From assembly GCA_002269645.1 (NCBI GenBank), contig NIVC01003359.1, positions 1 to 64,000 on the forward strand: a DNA stretch of 64,000 nucleotides, written 5' to 3'. Each line of letters begins with the position of its first letter. Positions within the stretch are counted from its first letter, which is position 1. This DNA comes from Macrostomum lignano (taxonomy: Eukaryota). Under the pieces are notes generated by a model. It had not been told where the DNA came from. It did not search any database and saw nothing but the letters and a program-made list of their open reading frames with translations. Shown in pieces: positions 22,296-35,995 of the stretch. Both the position numbers and the translations under genes were made by a program.

Positions 22296-23084
22296 CCGGT
22301 TTTTTCTCTTCATCATTTCACTTTCTTTTTTGAATAATAATTACTTTTTCGCACGTAATGTTTTTATCTTGCTGATCATTTTTATGACTTCAGTTAATGC
22401 TTTAAAACTCCGATATAAACAGAGCCTTTAAATAGCAAAAAGCAAATTTTACAAAAAAAGTTATTTCGTTGCATTCACTTCTTAACGAACCGGCAAAAGA
22501 GAAATGAGAAACCCTTGCAAAAAAATTATGCTTGCCCCTGTGTCAGCAGAAAAGGTAAAGAAGGGAGCAATGAAGCATTAAAAAGTTGTACAACCTTCTT
22601 GTGCACCATTGCTTTTAGCTTTTTTAGGTCGCACTAGCATGCTAAGGAAATGCCTTTCTTGCCTGTGTTTGTCTCCACTTGTCGCGCAGGAATCACGCAA
22701 AATAAATCATGTAAACCCCTCTTTTTCACTTCATCTCTTCGCTGTAGCAAGCAGGCTAGAGAAATAAAAGATAAAGAAACACAGTGATCCGATTACTGTT
22801 GCGCTAGCATCAGACACTGAAATCTATTGACAGGCTTTAGGGAGGCGAGTCATTCTGCCTTCAACACACACGCACAGCTATTGTTAATCCCCCTACAGTT
22901 GTTTGGTTCGGCTCACCTCAAGCTTTCGGGCCTCAGCTTGAGCATTCAGCTTCCCTACCTGCATTCAGCCTCCCCATCTGCATTCAGCTTCCCCATCTGC
23001 ATTCAGCTTCCCCATCTGCATTTAGCCCCCACTCAATCTTCATTTCTTATTTAATATTCATCTCCCACTCAATCTTTTCAATCA

Positions 23085-24070
23085 ATCCTTGTCAATCATA
23101 ATCTCTTACTCAATCATAATTTTCTACTCAATCATAATTTCCTACTCAATCGTCATCTACTCAATCATCATCTCTTACTCAATCATCATCTCCTACTCAG
23201 TCATCATTTCCTACTCAATCGTCATCTCCTACTCAATCTTTATCTCCTACTCAATCATCATCTCCTACTCAATCATCATCTCCTACTCAATCATCATCTC
23301 CTACTTAATCATCATCTTCTACTCAATCATCATCTTCTACTCAATCGTCATCTCCTACTCAATCGTCATCTCCTACTCAATCATCATTTCCTACTCAGTC
23401 ATCATTTCCTACTCAGTCATCATTTCCTACTCAGTCATCATTTCCTACTCAACCATCATCTACTCAACCATCATTTCCTACTCAATCATCATCTCCTACT
23501 CAACCATCATTTCCTACTCAATCATCATTTCCTACTCAGTCATCATTTCCTACTCAGTCATCATTTCCTACTCAATCATCATTTCCTACTCAGTCATCAT
23601 TTCCTACTCAGTCATCATTTCCTACTCAATCATCATCTCCTACTAAACCATCATTTCCTACTCAATCGTCATCTCCTACTCAATCATCATCTCCTACTAA
23701 ACCATCATTTCCTACTCAATCGTCATCTCCTACTCAATCATCATCTCCTACTCAATCATCATCTCCTACTAAACCATCATTTCCTACTCAATCGTCATCT
23801 CCTACTCAATCATCATCTCCTACTCAGTCATCATTTCCTACTCAATCATCATCTCCTACTAAACCATCATTTCCTACTCAATCGTCATCTCCTACTCAAT
23901 CATCATCTCCTACTAAACCATCATTTCCTACTCAATCGTCATCTCCTACTCAATCATCATTTCCTACTCAATCATCATCTCCTACTCAATCATCATCTCC
24001 TACTCAGTCATATTCTACTCAATTTTCATCTCCTACTCAATCATCAAATCCTACTCAATCATCTCCTACT
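23085..24070. repeat. 18-bp minisatellite (TCATCATCTCCTACTCAA)n in the CHERP intron
   Basis: Direct reading; explains the IIISYS ORF. Confidence 0.95.
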
Positions 24071-24163
24071 CAAAGCACATGAACTGTAACAAACATAACA
24101 GTTATACAAATCATCCTATATACTAAAAATATATACTAAAAATGAAAATTATACATAACAAAC

Positions 24164-25048
24164 CTGCAAAGCGCCAATCAGAGATTCCGCATTGCGTCGC
24201 CTACAATGATGTAACAGATCATTAACCAGGTAGATCAGATGCAGCCTAGGCGCGAATTCTTGTCCCAAAGCGATTGAACGAGCTAATAGAAAATTAGCAA
24301 ATACTTCGGTGGCCGCTGAATTCTGCGCACGGTCTAGCATCCAATTCTTAGCGGCGCTGATGTTCTCTTTAGTGCAAGCGTCAACTACAGGCTGAACTGC
24401 GGCGTCAATCTCTTCTAATGACATGCTCATCACGGTGCACAGAGAATGCAATTGTTCCAGTCGGCGACGGTTAATTAACTCGTCAGATTGCTGCTCCTGC
24501 GAGGCGATTGCTGCTTCGAATTGGGCGGTTAAATTTGTCTCGCTCTGGCTTAGCCTCTGTTCAGCATTTACTAACATCTGTTGCAGAGTCTGCTGCTCAG
24601 CCTGAGACTGTTGCTGCAGCATAGCAGCGGCAGCGGCCGCCTGTTGCTGCTGCTGTTGAAAAGATGCAATCGGCGGACCGGATGGCGGCAGTGCCGGCGG
24701 CGGCAAACTGAATGGCGGCGGCGGCGGCGGCGGCTGAGTCGTCATCTGCATCGGCATTGACGTCATCGGCGGCTGCTGCGGCGGCTGCTGCAACGGCGGA
24801 CCGGGCATCAGTGGCCGGATTCCCCCACTACTGGCAGTGGACGATGCTGGCGGAGAGAATCTGTGTATGGCGCCTATGGCACCTATGGGCGGCCTGGGCG
24901 ATTCTAAAATGCTCCCGCCGCCGCCGCCAGAGGAGTCCCAACGACTACCACCACCAGAGCTGGACTGAGATCGGCTGCCCCATCGACTGCCGCTCCCACT
25001 ACCGCTGCCGCCATTATCCCATTGGCTATTTGATCCCCTGGAGTGCAT
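24164..25048 (-). CDS. CHERP: CHERP homologue, upstream coding exon (CID domain); start codon uncertain
   Basis: QPVVDACTKENISAAKNW and RLHLIYLVNDLLHHCRRR match the CHERP CID. Phase-0 donor CAG|GTTTGT at 24163 joins in frame to 19466. Confidence 0.9.
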
Positions 25049-28000
25049 TGTCGTCTAATTCTGATTAGAATGCTAATTGGTGTTGCTGTTAGGTTTCTCC
25101 GATTCAGTGTGAATCTGGAAAATTTAGTTTTTAGCAGTTATCTGTTTTAGCCTACTGCAAGTAGTTAACAGGAAAAACATTGTTTTGGCTTAAGTCAAGA
25201 AATAAATCTAACAAAAATGGATTTGATATAGAAAGCTTCAAAGTAATGAACTTAGATCATTTGTATTAATATATTTTGATATTTTGATTCTTCATGGCAC
25301 TTTTTTACTCTTTTTACTCAACTACTACAAATCACAATTTTTGCTAAAAACTTGTATTTGATAAACTTTTCTTATGATCCTATCCCTTTTTAACTAAAAT
25401 TGATAACAAATTAAAGATTTTTTCTTTGTTGTTGGGTAAGTTGCAAAATATTTCTATACTCAGCCAATGCAATAGGTTTAGTTATTTAAATTGATTATTG
25501 TTTTTATAGTTTGAGATCTACTTTTTTATATAATTTTACTTAGTTAGTCCTATCAATAAATAGCTTTTTAACTGCTATTTGTTCAACAAGTATTATTTGC
25601 AGCATTTCTGTAAGTTACTAATTTCTAATTGCTTTGGTAGGAATAAATTTTCGCAATTGACACTTTAATTATTATGAACCTAAAATGAACAAGTGGGTGC
25701 AGTTTAGGTGAAGTCTCACTATCTATTTTCCTTTTAAGACTTATTTGCACTTTTCACTTTGAGAAATTATACTTTTAGCCTTAAAATTGCACCTTGAAAT
25801 TAAGCACTAGGTGCCACTTTGCAATCTGTCTTTGGCAAAAACCCAGGGCACTTCAAAGATTATCATTTTGTGTCCTATTAGAATAAATGTAGAAAACCTA
25901 TAGATATATAACATAATATAGCATAAGTGCCAAAAATAATATATTGTAATAGTTAAACTACTATATAACTAACATTAAAAGCATATATAGATTTGAACAT
26001 GTGCTTTGATAGCCATTACCTTGTCATGCTTTATAAGAGCTGTATGTCTAATAAATAAACTTTTACTTTCTTTCTCTTATAATTTCCTTTTTCAAGCCTT
26101 TAAAAATGAGGTCTATACCAAAAAGAAGCTTTCTTAGTTTTCTTAGTTTAGCTCAAAGCCACACAGGCAATAGTTTATATAAACCTATAAACAAATTTAT
26201 AAATAATGGCAACTTACATAGGCTCTTTGTACTTGGCATATGTAATAGAATTGTGATTTTTTATTATATACAAAATATTTTCTACTTGTTGCACTTTATG
26301 ATTTTGTAACTTATGGCATACAATTTTTTACCTTAAACTATACAAGTTTTTTGGCTTTTGAATTTTACAAGAAACATTTTATCAGTTTTTCCATAATAAA
26401 TTTTATTAAATATCTAAAAGATTAGAATTTTTTCTTTAATATTAATGTAGTACTCTGTGGCTTTGCTTTTTAATGCAATAACTTTTGTTTTATGTGTAAC
26501 AAGTGCATTATGCAACATTTTAAAATGAAATCCCATAAGATTCTTATGATTACAAAAAACCTACATATATAAACCTTTTAATTATACAAGTTTGCTAAAA
26601 ATGTGTGCACAAATGCCCAAATATTTATTAACCTAAATGTAACATGTCTAAGATTTTGCACAAAAATTATATCTTGGATTATAGACCTATTTATTTTGTT
26701 TTATATAATGTGTTCTAAGATAAAGTTCTGGGGGTTTTTAATCTTTATCAATGCCACATATTTGTTCTAGTGGTCTTTGTTGATTTTGTTATTCTAGGCC
26801 CTACTGCTAACACTAAATTGTGATAGGGAATTCTAGTACTTCTTAAAGTTATAGGAGGGAGGGGGAAATTTTGTATCTATATTACTATAAAAAATATGCT
26901 TGATTAATATTCTGGTAATGTAATTGTCCAAAGGGCAAAATAGTCTAAGTAAAGCTAAATTCAATCTAGGAAGGAAAAAAAGGCTACGCAATGGACTAGA
27001 GTTGCCTGGGAAACAAAGGTGCATAATCATAAAGAGTAATTCTAATAAAGAATGGCAATATGCTTAATGAAGAATTTGATAAAGGTAGGATGCCTAATAG
27101 ATAAAAAAGGCAGGAGGCAATTTCAAGCATATTCTAATATTCACAAAGCAAGAACAGAATAACAATACAAGATATTGTTTTATATATTTTAGCTATGTAT
27201 TTAAGTTTAGTTATATAGAGATAAATTACAAAAAAATATTTTTAATAAGAATTGTTACTGTTTTCTTGATAAAAAGATGAGTACTGTTATATATGCAAAT
27301 ATTACATTATTTATTTATGCATTTAAACTTTTTGATTCAATTTTATGATGCAATTAGATTTAAACTTAAACTAAAGCTTTGTTGCATAATAATTTTTAGC
27401 TCAATTGCAAAATACATTGCAGTTTTTTACCCTAGGCCTAGGCCATGGTCTATAGCATTGTATTGCATACTATATATTTTAACTTAGACTCTAAGAATGC
27501 AAATTGTTTTCAAGTGAGTGCCTTCTTCTGACCAATAGAATTAAAATTAAAATCTCCTAAGATAACTTCTATCCCTATTGCAGCCAAGGTCTGTATTGCA
27601 CCAAATACCTCCCTTTTTATGCCAGCTAATAGTCTAGAGGTTTAGGGTTGTTGTGACAATGACAATAAAGGACTCTTCATCTTTTGGGGTTGCAGCTACA
27701 CAATGTACAATTATTTGCTTAAATAGTAGTACATTTTAGTCATGTTTTATGCGCATATATTTAGCCTTTAGGCCTACACAGTGACAGTTTAGGCATAAAT
27801 TTCAAATTAAGCATTTGATTACAAAATGACATTAAATCCCATATGAATCCCACATCAAAAGCCCATATGAATTCAATTTATGTGCGCTGGTCACTGCAGT
27901 TTCAAAGAAAAGTAAACTAAAAAGATTTGATTGATAAAACAAAACATTTTTAGTTAAGAAAAGCCCATATTTTTGTATTAAAGTTTAACAGTATTTTTGC

Positions 28001-29560
28001 AAAATAAAAACTTTCATTTTTGACTTGCGATACTTACGTAAATTAAATTAAGTGAAAAGAAGTAAGTTCCGATAAATTGCACGCCGGGGTGGTCGATTTT
28101 CAGCCTTTTAATTTATTGAGTTTCTTTCAAAAGCGTGGGTAGACTCTGCTAAATTTAGGAAAATAAATGAGCTAAAGATTTTCGAAGTAACTCATTCTTT
28201 CGATACGCTTTAATTAAATTTTGATCGATGTACCCGCAGTACATGTTATGTGTCTGGATGCACCGTCGTGTTGACTCTGCACCTTACATGTACATGGTAC
28301 TTGAATAGCCGCGGAAAAGCACATGGGATTAGATCAACCGATTAAGATTTCTTTGCTAGAGAGGAAGCGAAAAGGTTAAATTTGTCATGAAACATTTTGT
28401 CATATGTAATTGTTGTTCATATTGTTTTTATCATAGATCAAAAGTTGTAAATGCTCACAAGTGGCATTAGTTTTAGAATTATTGATTTAGAAAACTGCGG
28501 CATTTAGTAGGTAAAGTCTTAATAAAGTCCTAAAGTCCTAGTTTGAATTTACTATATTGCTTCCGCAAACATCTTTAACTGCATTCTATATTTAGACGTA
28601 ATCAGACGTTGATCGTGGGTTGAATTTTAATATTCCATGAACCTGCAGCACGTTCTTCTCAATGTACGCCCTCGCTGCATTGTGTGATCGCACTTACAAT
28701 GATTTAGGTAACCCTTACATCTAAATGTAGTCTCGACGACAGAATTCAACCTCTGTCAATGCATCCATGTATAGAGTAAGCAATCGCCTTGGAAGCGATG
28801 ACGCTGAGTGCACAAGCCAGAAAAGCGTAGTATATAGTGTATTTTTATACACATCTATATTTTTTTCTAATTTTTAGCGACCCAAACCGGAAAATGTGCC
28901 AGACTCTAGAACTTTGCCTCCTATAACAGCTAGCTTAGGCATGACTTCGTGCGGTCAATGTGAGCACTGTATGCGGTGCATTTACACTGAGCAAATATAC
29001 GACTCCCCTTGCTGAACTATGATAGCGGAACAGTTGCCAATAATCCTGCCTGCATGGAGATTCGAGAGTTCAAGGCATGGAGATGTCCCCTGCCTACCTA
29101 ACTACCTCACTATCCTGATTGCCTGTCGAGAAGAGAACGAAGGTTCACCTTTTTTAGCTGAGCTGCCTGGTGTGTGTGCACTCTTGTCCAAGCTGTCAAG
29201 TTTGCTATCAAGCCATGCAGCCTGACAAGTAAGCAGACATGCGAATATAAGTTTATAATATATTGAATAGTATTGCACGTGTAGCAGTGGGCTTAAACAC
29301 GAAAAAATTACCTTGGATTAAAACTTACGCTATGGTATGCCTTTCTGAGGGAGCAACGTAGATAGCTAGCTAGATAGATAGCCACGTACAGGTAAATCTA
29401 ACAAATCCATGTTAAATACGTTTGTAGACAGGAGTCTTGGAGACAAGTATTGAAATAATGAAAGATGACTGACAACCGATAAATTAAAAATATCCATATG
29501 CTAACATATTAATATAATATCAAGGATGCTAATATAAAGCTACATATGTATACACAGGTC

Positions 29561-29750
29561 GGGGGGCATAGCCTGTAGTGTGGTCTGTCGCGGTGCTCTG
29601 GTGTGCCAGAGGCCCAGGCTCGATTCCAAGTGCAGTCACATTAATTTTGGCTTGATTGGAATCTCGGCTTGGCTCTGCTCGTGCAATTAACAGCCTTGAG
29701 GACCAACCCCCAAGGCACAGTGAAGTGTACATGCCTAACGATAAATAAAG
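29561..29750 (+). mobile_element. Probable tRNA-derived SINE (or tRNA pseudogene)
   Basis: GGGGGCATAGCC...TGG A-box-like head; CTCTGG/CCAGAG anticodon-like stem; B-box-like GGCTCGATTCC (29617-27); non-tRNA body ending in ATAAATAAA. Confidence 0.45.
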
Positions 29751-32064
29751 TTAGGGCCGCTGTACACTCCTGTGTGAGTGTGTGCCTGTGCGTATGACTG
29801 CGCAAGTATCAGCGCTCTTGTATGCCACATCATCCGCGCCGAGTCGTACTGCCCACAGCCGGTGCAGGATCGATGCTGCTGCTGACGCTGCAGGCATCCT
29901 ACCGGTGGGTGCAGGCCCGCACTCAGCGCATCGTCGATTGCCTGCTGGCTGACGCCGGCGCCCAGGATGCGGCCGGCGGCGTGGCGTTCGTTCGCGACCC
30001 GGCCCTGAGGCGCGCCCTGTGACGCTGACCCCGCGTATTTTGTTGTTGTTGTTGTCGTTGTGTGCCTGCTCAGGGGAGTGGGCGGAATGGGCTGTCAATG
30101 CCTCTCGACTGCTGTGTGACGCTGTCGCACGCCGCTAAACATTCTACTGAAGGACTGTGGCAACAGAACGAGGGCACGATTGAATTGGCTTAGCTTAGAA
30201 TGTTTCTAAGACTCGGAATTTGATAAAGATCTTTCAATGGCCGAGACAGGTCCTCTAAAGACAGCCTCTCGCTAGGGGTTGGCTAAAAAAACGAAGAAAA
30301 GTCAAAGAGACTGAATAGTCTGACATCTGCGGTCTTCGTTCTATCCTTTCAAGTTTTTTTACTCAAAGTCGAAGAGGAAGAGAGAAAAAGAAGGGGCAGG
30401 AGAGCGTTCAGGGTCAGTCCGAGGTTCGGTCGGATAAAACACTCCTCGCCCAGGTGGCATCATATAGCTAGAGTAAAATTGGAGCACCTATCGTGACCGT
30501 GTGTAGAGCTGAGACAGAAAGTTGAGACCCCGGGCGCGCGGCTACTCAGATATTCGCTACTCAGATCTATAACAGTCTCCGCTCGATCCCAGCCGCCTTT
30601 GAGCACAGGGGAGAAACGAGAATTAAGGAAAAGGGAGAAGGGAGGGAGGGAGGGAGGGAGTTGCAGTGCGGGCTGCTTCATGCGGATCGAGGCCGGCAGA
30701 TCACGCAACTGAGGGCGATCTGAGAGAAAAGCGGCTAAAAAGAAAGGATTGAAATTGGAGCCATTTACCCCTATAGCGACCACCGCCTCCGCCCTAGCAA
30801 CCTTCTCTTCCCTTTTCTTCTTCTGCCTGAGGAGTCTTTGGCAATCCGAAGACAGACGGCAGGAAGACTCGGTAGCAAAAGACGCCATAAAAGACGAAGA
30901 TTCCCTCACAGCGTGGATAGGCCTGTATGGCCTCTAAAATTTAACTACCAAGTAAAACAAAAGGAAAGGGAAGGAATATTTCCTCCTCATAGCTACTACA
31001 TCCATAAATGCAGGCACTCTAGGCTACCTTTTCAATTGGTATTAATTCTAAGAATTGTTCCCCTAAGCAGACGGCATCCCCTCCCCCAGTTCCCTGACCG
31101 ATCCCTACAGCGAAGCGGGTGAGCAGATAATTCTCCCTTCTCCTCTCCCCTCCGTTGACCTATGCAAAAAAACGGTATTGAATCCCAGAGAGCCAATTTC
31201 TGGCCGCGCGGACGCTTTAAGTCCCCCCCAGGAGGCTTTCCAGACCTTTTTTAGAGTCTGTCTGAAATCGAAGCGCTGGCTCTGGTCCTCATCAGAGTGG
31301 GCATGAGCGCGGGGCAGGGGGGAGCGATATAATGCGCCTGAAATCCGATTTCGATCCTTTGCATTTTTGCCGACTCAATCGAGCCAAGCTCTGTGCTCTT
31401 CTCTGCTCTGACTGTCTAGCATTTTTTATCTCATACTCGGGTCATTTTATTCCCGGGTCCTGCGCAAAAAAACGGGCATTCAACATTTATGCTGTTTGGA
31501 AGACGGCAACAAAATGAAATTATCTGATAGCCATGGGGCAACGCGTCAAGCAAATGCAGAATTAAATATTGTTGAGCACAATACGGCACTAATGATGGTA
31601 GGAGAGATGGCCGGCTTCTCCTAAATGCAATATTGATTGACGGAACAAAATCACAGGGCACGCAGGGCCTGTTAAATTTGCAATTTCTCTTACCTTTGGG
31701 AATTCAATGCCTTGCCCAAACTTATAAAATTTTTGTCTATCTAGAAAAAAATAGAAGAAACCTTGGGCTAAAGACTCAAGCCTAGTATCGCGTTCCAAGG
31801 CGGATTCTGTCGCCTTAAAAGGCTTGCATTGACTTAAGCAAAGCTTTTAATTAAACCTAAGTATTTCCTCCGGCTGGTTCTGCGCCATCCCATCAGTGGA
31901 AGTCGTAGTTTATGATGCCTTGCAGTCTCATATTTGATTATAATGATCTCTTTCAATGCGAGATCCGCAGTCTCAGAAAGCTTTACAATACATAAAATAT
32001 ATAGATACAGACCTTGCATGCAGAACTATAATCCTCTCTCAGTCTTCTCTCTTCTCTCAGCTTC

Positions 32065-32883
32065 GGTCCCTTTCCCCGTCACACCTGGAGCTTGTCTCCT
32101 TCTCCACCGTCACACCCGGAGCTTGTCTCCTTCTCCACCGTCACACCCGGAGCTTGTCTCCTTCTCCACCGTCACACCCGGAGCTTGTCTCCTTCTCCAC
32201 CGTCACACCCGGAGCTTGTCTCCTCCACCGTCACACTCGGAGCTCGTCTCCTTCTCCACCGTCACACCCGGAGCTTGTCTCCTCCACCGTCACACTCGGA
32301 GCTCGTCTCCTTTTCCACCGTCACACCCGGAGCTTGTCTCCTCCACCGTCACACTCGGAGCTCGTCTCCTTCTCCACCGTCACACCCGGAGCTTGTCTCC
32401 CTTTATACCTGTCACACCTGGAGCTTGTCTACCTCTCTACCTGTCACACCTGGAGCTTGTCTCCCTCTATACCTGTCACACCTGGATCTTGTCTCCCTCT
32501 CCCCCATCACACCTGGAGCTTGTCTTTTCTCTCCGTCACACCTGGAGCTTGTCTTTTTCTCTCCGTCACACCTGGAGCTTGTCTTCTTCTCTCCGTTACA
32601 CCTGGAGCTTGCCTTCTTCTCTCCGTCACACCTGGAGCTTTCCTTCTTCTCTCCGTCACACCTGGAGCTTGTCTTTTCTCTCCGTCACACCTGGAGCTTG
32701 TCTTTTTCTCTCCGTCACACCTGGAGCTTGTCTTCTTCTCTCCGTTACACCTGGAGCTTGCCTTCTTCTCTCCGTCACACCTGGAGCTTGTCTTCTTCTC
32801 TCCGTCACACCTGGAGCTTGTCTTTTCTCTCCGTTACACCTGGAGCTTTCCTTCTTCTCTCCGTCACACCTGGAGCTTGTCCC
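32065..32883. repeat. 28-31-bp minisatellite (CCGTCACACCTGGAGCTTGTCTCCTTCTC..)n
   Basis: Direct reading. Confidence 0.95.
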
Positions 32884-33854
32884 TTTCTGCCCAAGTTCAG
32901 CAAAGAGGTTATTTTAAAATTGTTTTTTTATCAGTCTGAAAAAAATATTTTATGCTTAGATTCGTTTACAACGCTTGATTTGCTTACGGGTGTTAAAAAT
33001 ACATTGGAAAATAAAATTTTTGACCGTTGCAGCGAGCGGAGATACCTGCGTATTTATAAAACCAGATATTTACCAACTTTACCCACTGCCTCTTCCCGCT
33101 TCGATCTTTCACTGGACCTCGAGTTCATTTTATGCCGGAGTTTTACTGCTTAGGAAACGCTAAAAAAACAGTTACAAATGAAACAAACAAACAAGAAACT
33201 GCTTTAGTTGTTCATCTTATACAGAACACTTTCACAGAATAATTCATCCCGTTTAACAACAGTCAAAGGGTTTCCAACTTTATTAAAATTAACACTGAAA
33301 CACGAGAAAGAAGAAATTAATGATTTAAACTAAACTTTCTGATTTTAATTTTGAGATACGTTGACTCTTTATGCCAGATAAAAAGCATATACTGGTACAA
33401 TGCAAAATAGACAGAGATTAGTAAGCAAAAGATTAGGTTCCTGTCTGATAACAAGTCCAAGAAGCTTATACGAACCAAATATTTAGTGTTCATCAACAAA
33501 AATAAACAGAATTTCGCTTGCATGTTTTTATAAATGATGTATTCTACTATTACAAGATTAATTCAGAAAAAAATTATATTGACGTTGGTTGGATTGTCTG
33601 TTCACGGACTATTGTTCGCACTTCAAGGACGCTGCACGTTGAAATTGTACAAATTTTACTTGATGGGCCGAATTTTTCTCAAAACATTATTTTACCGAGA
33701 TAGGTAGTTGAAATTAGTATAAAAGACTGTCAATCCGCAAAAAAGGTGAAGACATATTCCCTGAATTTTAATTCAGGGCTTTACCATAGACAAACTCGGA
33801 GGGAAAAAGGGAGGAAATAGATACGGTTGAAATTTTTTACCTTGCCTGCCTCAC

Positions 33855-34230
33855 TCCCCACACCTGGAGCTTGTCTCCCTCTCCCCCGTCACTCTTTGAG
33901 CTTGTCTTTCTCTCCCCCGTCACACCTGGGGCTTGTCTCCCTCTCCCCCGTCACACCTGGAGCTTGTCTCCCTCTCCCCCATCAAACCTGGAGCTTGTCT
34001 CCCTCTCCCCCGTCACACCTGGAGCTTGTCTCCCTCCTCTCCCTCATCACACCTGGAGCTTGTCTCCCTCTCCCCCGTCACACCTGGAGCTTGTCTCCCT
34101 CTCCCCCATCACACCTTGAGCTTGTCTCCCTCTCCCCCGTCACACCTGGAGCTTGTCTCCCTCCTCTCCCTCATCACACCTGGAGCTTGTCTCCCTCTCC
34201 CCCGTCACACCTGGAGCTTGTCTACCTCTC
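33855..34230. repeat. Second array of the same CACACCTGGAGCTTGTC family
   Basis: Direct reading. Confidence 0.93.
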
Positions 34231-34345
34231 CCCTCGCACCTTACACCTAGGAATAATTCCAGCCAGATTCGCACGATTTGGCGGTGCAGCATTGTACACA
34301 ATTAGTCCGTTTACCGGTTGCCAGACAGCTGCAGGTGGCAGCCAA

Positions 34346-34810
34346 CTACCTGCCCAGCGTGTTCATAACCTCCGGCGTCTGCAGGATGCGCAGCAGGTCC
34401 GGCTGCAGCAGACAGCCGTCAACGAACTCCTCGTGGGAGATCTCGCAGTTCTTATCGGTGTCGAGTCGTTGAAAGAACTCCTCACAGACCTCTTCGGGTG
34501 TTTTGGTGAGTTGCACTCCACGGTCCCGCGCAGTCTGGAACACCGCGTGCATGATAGCCAGCACCTCCTCCCGAGAAATGCTCCGATCTTTATTACTGTC
34601 GAATAGTTCGAAGAATTGTTGCGCTTTTTTGCGCACGGTCTCCAACGAGCTGTGCCGCTGGGCGACCATGTTGAGAAAGTCGGAGGTTCGACCAGTCGGC
34701 TGGGCGGCCTTGAACTCGGCGTAGAGCTGGCGAATCTCCTGACCGCTGAGACGGCTGGCCTCAACTAAAAATGCCACCGACTGAGCGTCCAGTTCGAGCG
34801 GAGCAGCCAT
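34346..34810 (-). CDS. Neuronal calcium sensor (NCS/recoverin/KChIP)-like EF-hand protein, intronless, 154 aa
   Basis: EF loops DSNKDRSISREE and DTDKNCEISHEE; NCS-type N-terminus (EIRQLYAEFKAAQPTG), TPEE and LLRIL C-terminus. Confidence 0.85.
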   Translation of the reverse strand: MAAPLELDAQSVAFLVEASRLSGQEIRQLYAEFKAAQPTGRTSDFLNMVAQRHSSLETVRKKAQQFFELFDSNKDRSISREEVLAIMHAVFQTARDRGVQLTKTPEEVCEEFFQRLDTDKNCEISHEEFVDGCLLQPDLLRILQTPEVMNTLGR

Positions 34811-35304
34811 TTCTTCGGTCTCTTCTAGTAGCAGTAATGAGGAAATTTTTGAGGAAACTTTTAGGGAGCTTTTGAGAGTCTATAATCCCGGCTGTGCCAT
34901 TGCCAACCAGTGCTGAAGGCTGTTCAGGGGTTAAACACTCGCTGATCTCTCCTTCGCTAATTTAGGTAACGGTCTGTTCCCCTTTTTCACTTGTTACGCC
35001 CCTTAACCCCCCTCGCGCCCACCTCCTCCACCTTCCTCTCCCTGGCAATCTTCAGTCCAGCCGAGCCGCTGCTGCCCATGCAGCACAGCTGCTCATCTGG
35101 GGTAGGCCGGCCTGTACTCAGAATTGCACAACGCTGCCCCCCCCTTCTGTCTCTCTCTTGTCGGATAGTTGCTAAGTGGACCAATGCAGTGCTAGCGGTC
35201 GGCGGGATTGGCCAAAGCACTGTGCGGTTTTCCTACTATGGAGTTTGGATTTTGGTGTTTTTACTTAAGTTTCTTAACAATCTATGCAAGTTGTTGAGAG
35301 ATTG

Positions 35305-35995
35305 AGGGTAGACAGGAGGGTAGACAGGGGGTGGACAGATGGGTAGACAAGAGGGTATATAGGAGGGTAGACAGGAGGGTAGACAGGGGGTGGACAGATG
35401 GGTAGACAAGAGGGTATATAGGAGGGTAGACAGGAGGGTAGACAGGAGGGTAGACAGGAGGGTAGACAGGAGGGTAGACAGGAGGGTAGACAGGAGGGTA
35501 GACAGGAGGGTAGACAGGAGGGTAGACAGGAGGGTAGACAGGAGGGTAGACAGGAGGGTAGACAGGAGGGTAGACAGGAGACAGCAGAGGGTAGAAAAGG
35601 AGACAGCGGAGGGTAGGCAGAAGATAGCGGAGGGTAGAAAAGAAGACAGCGGAGGGTAGGCAGAAGATAGCGGAGGGTGGAAAGGGGACAGTGGAGGGTA
35701 GACAGCAGGGGACAGCGAAGGGTAGACAGGAGACAACGGAGGGAGATAGCAGGGGACAGCGGAGGGTAGACAGGAGACAGTGGAGGGTAGACAGGGAACA
35801 GCGGAGGGTAGACAACAGGGAACAGCGGAGGGTAGACAACAGGGGACAGCGGAGGGTAGACAGGAGGGGAAAGTGGAGGGTACGAGTAGAAAGGAGATAG
35901 CGGAGGGTATCCAAGAGACAGCGGAGGGTATCCAAGAGACAGCGGAGGGTAGACAGGAGATACCGGAGGGTGGTCAGTAGACAGCGGAGGGTAGA
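35305..35995. repeat. 12-bp (GGTAGACAGGAG)n array grading into ~24-bp GACAGCGGAGGGTA units
   Basis: Direct reading. Confidence 0.93.

Noticed and set aside
28940-30022. Cys-rich short frames (MTSCGQCEHCMRC; SCLVCVHSCPSCQVC) and ORF 29822-30022 as a possible small gene
   Set aside because: I could not assemble a consistent spliced ORF or recognise a family.
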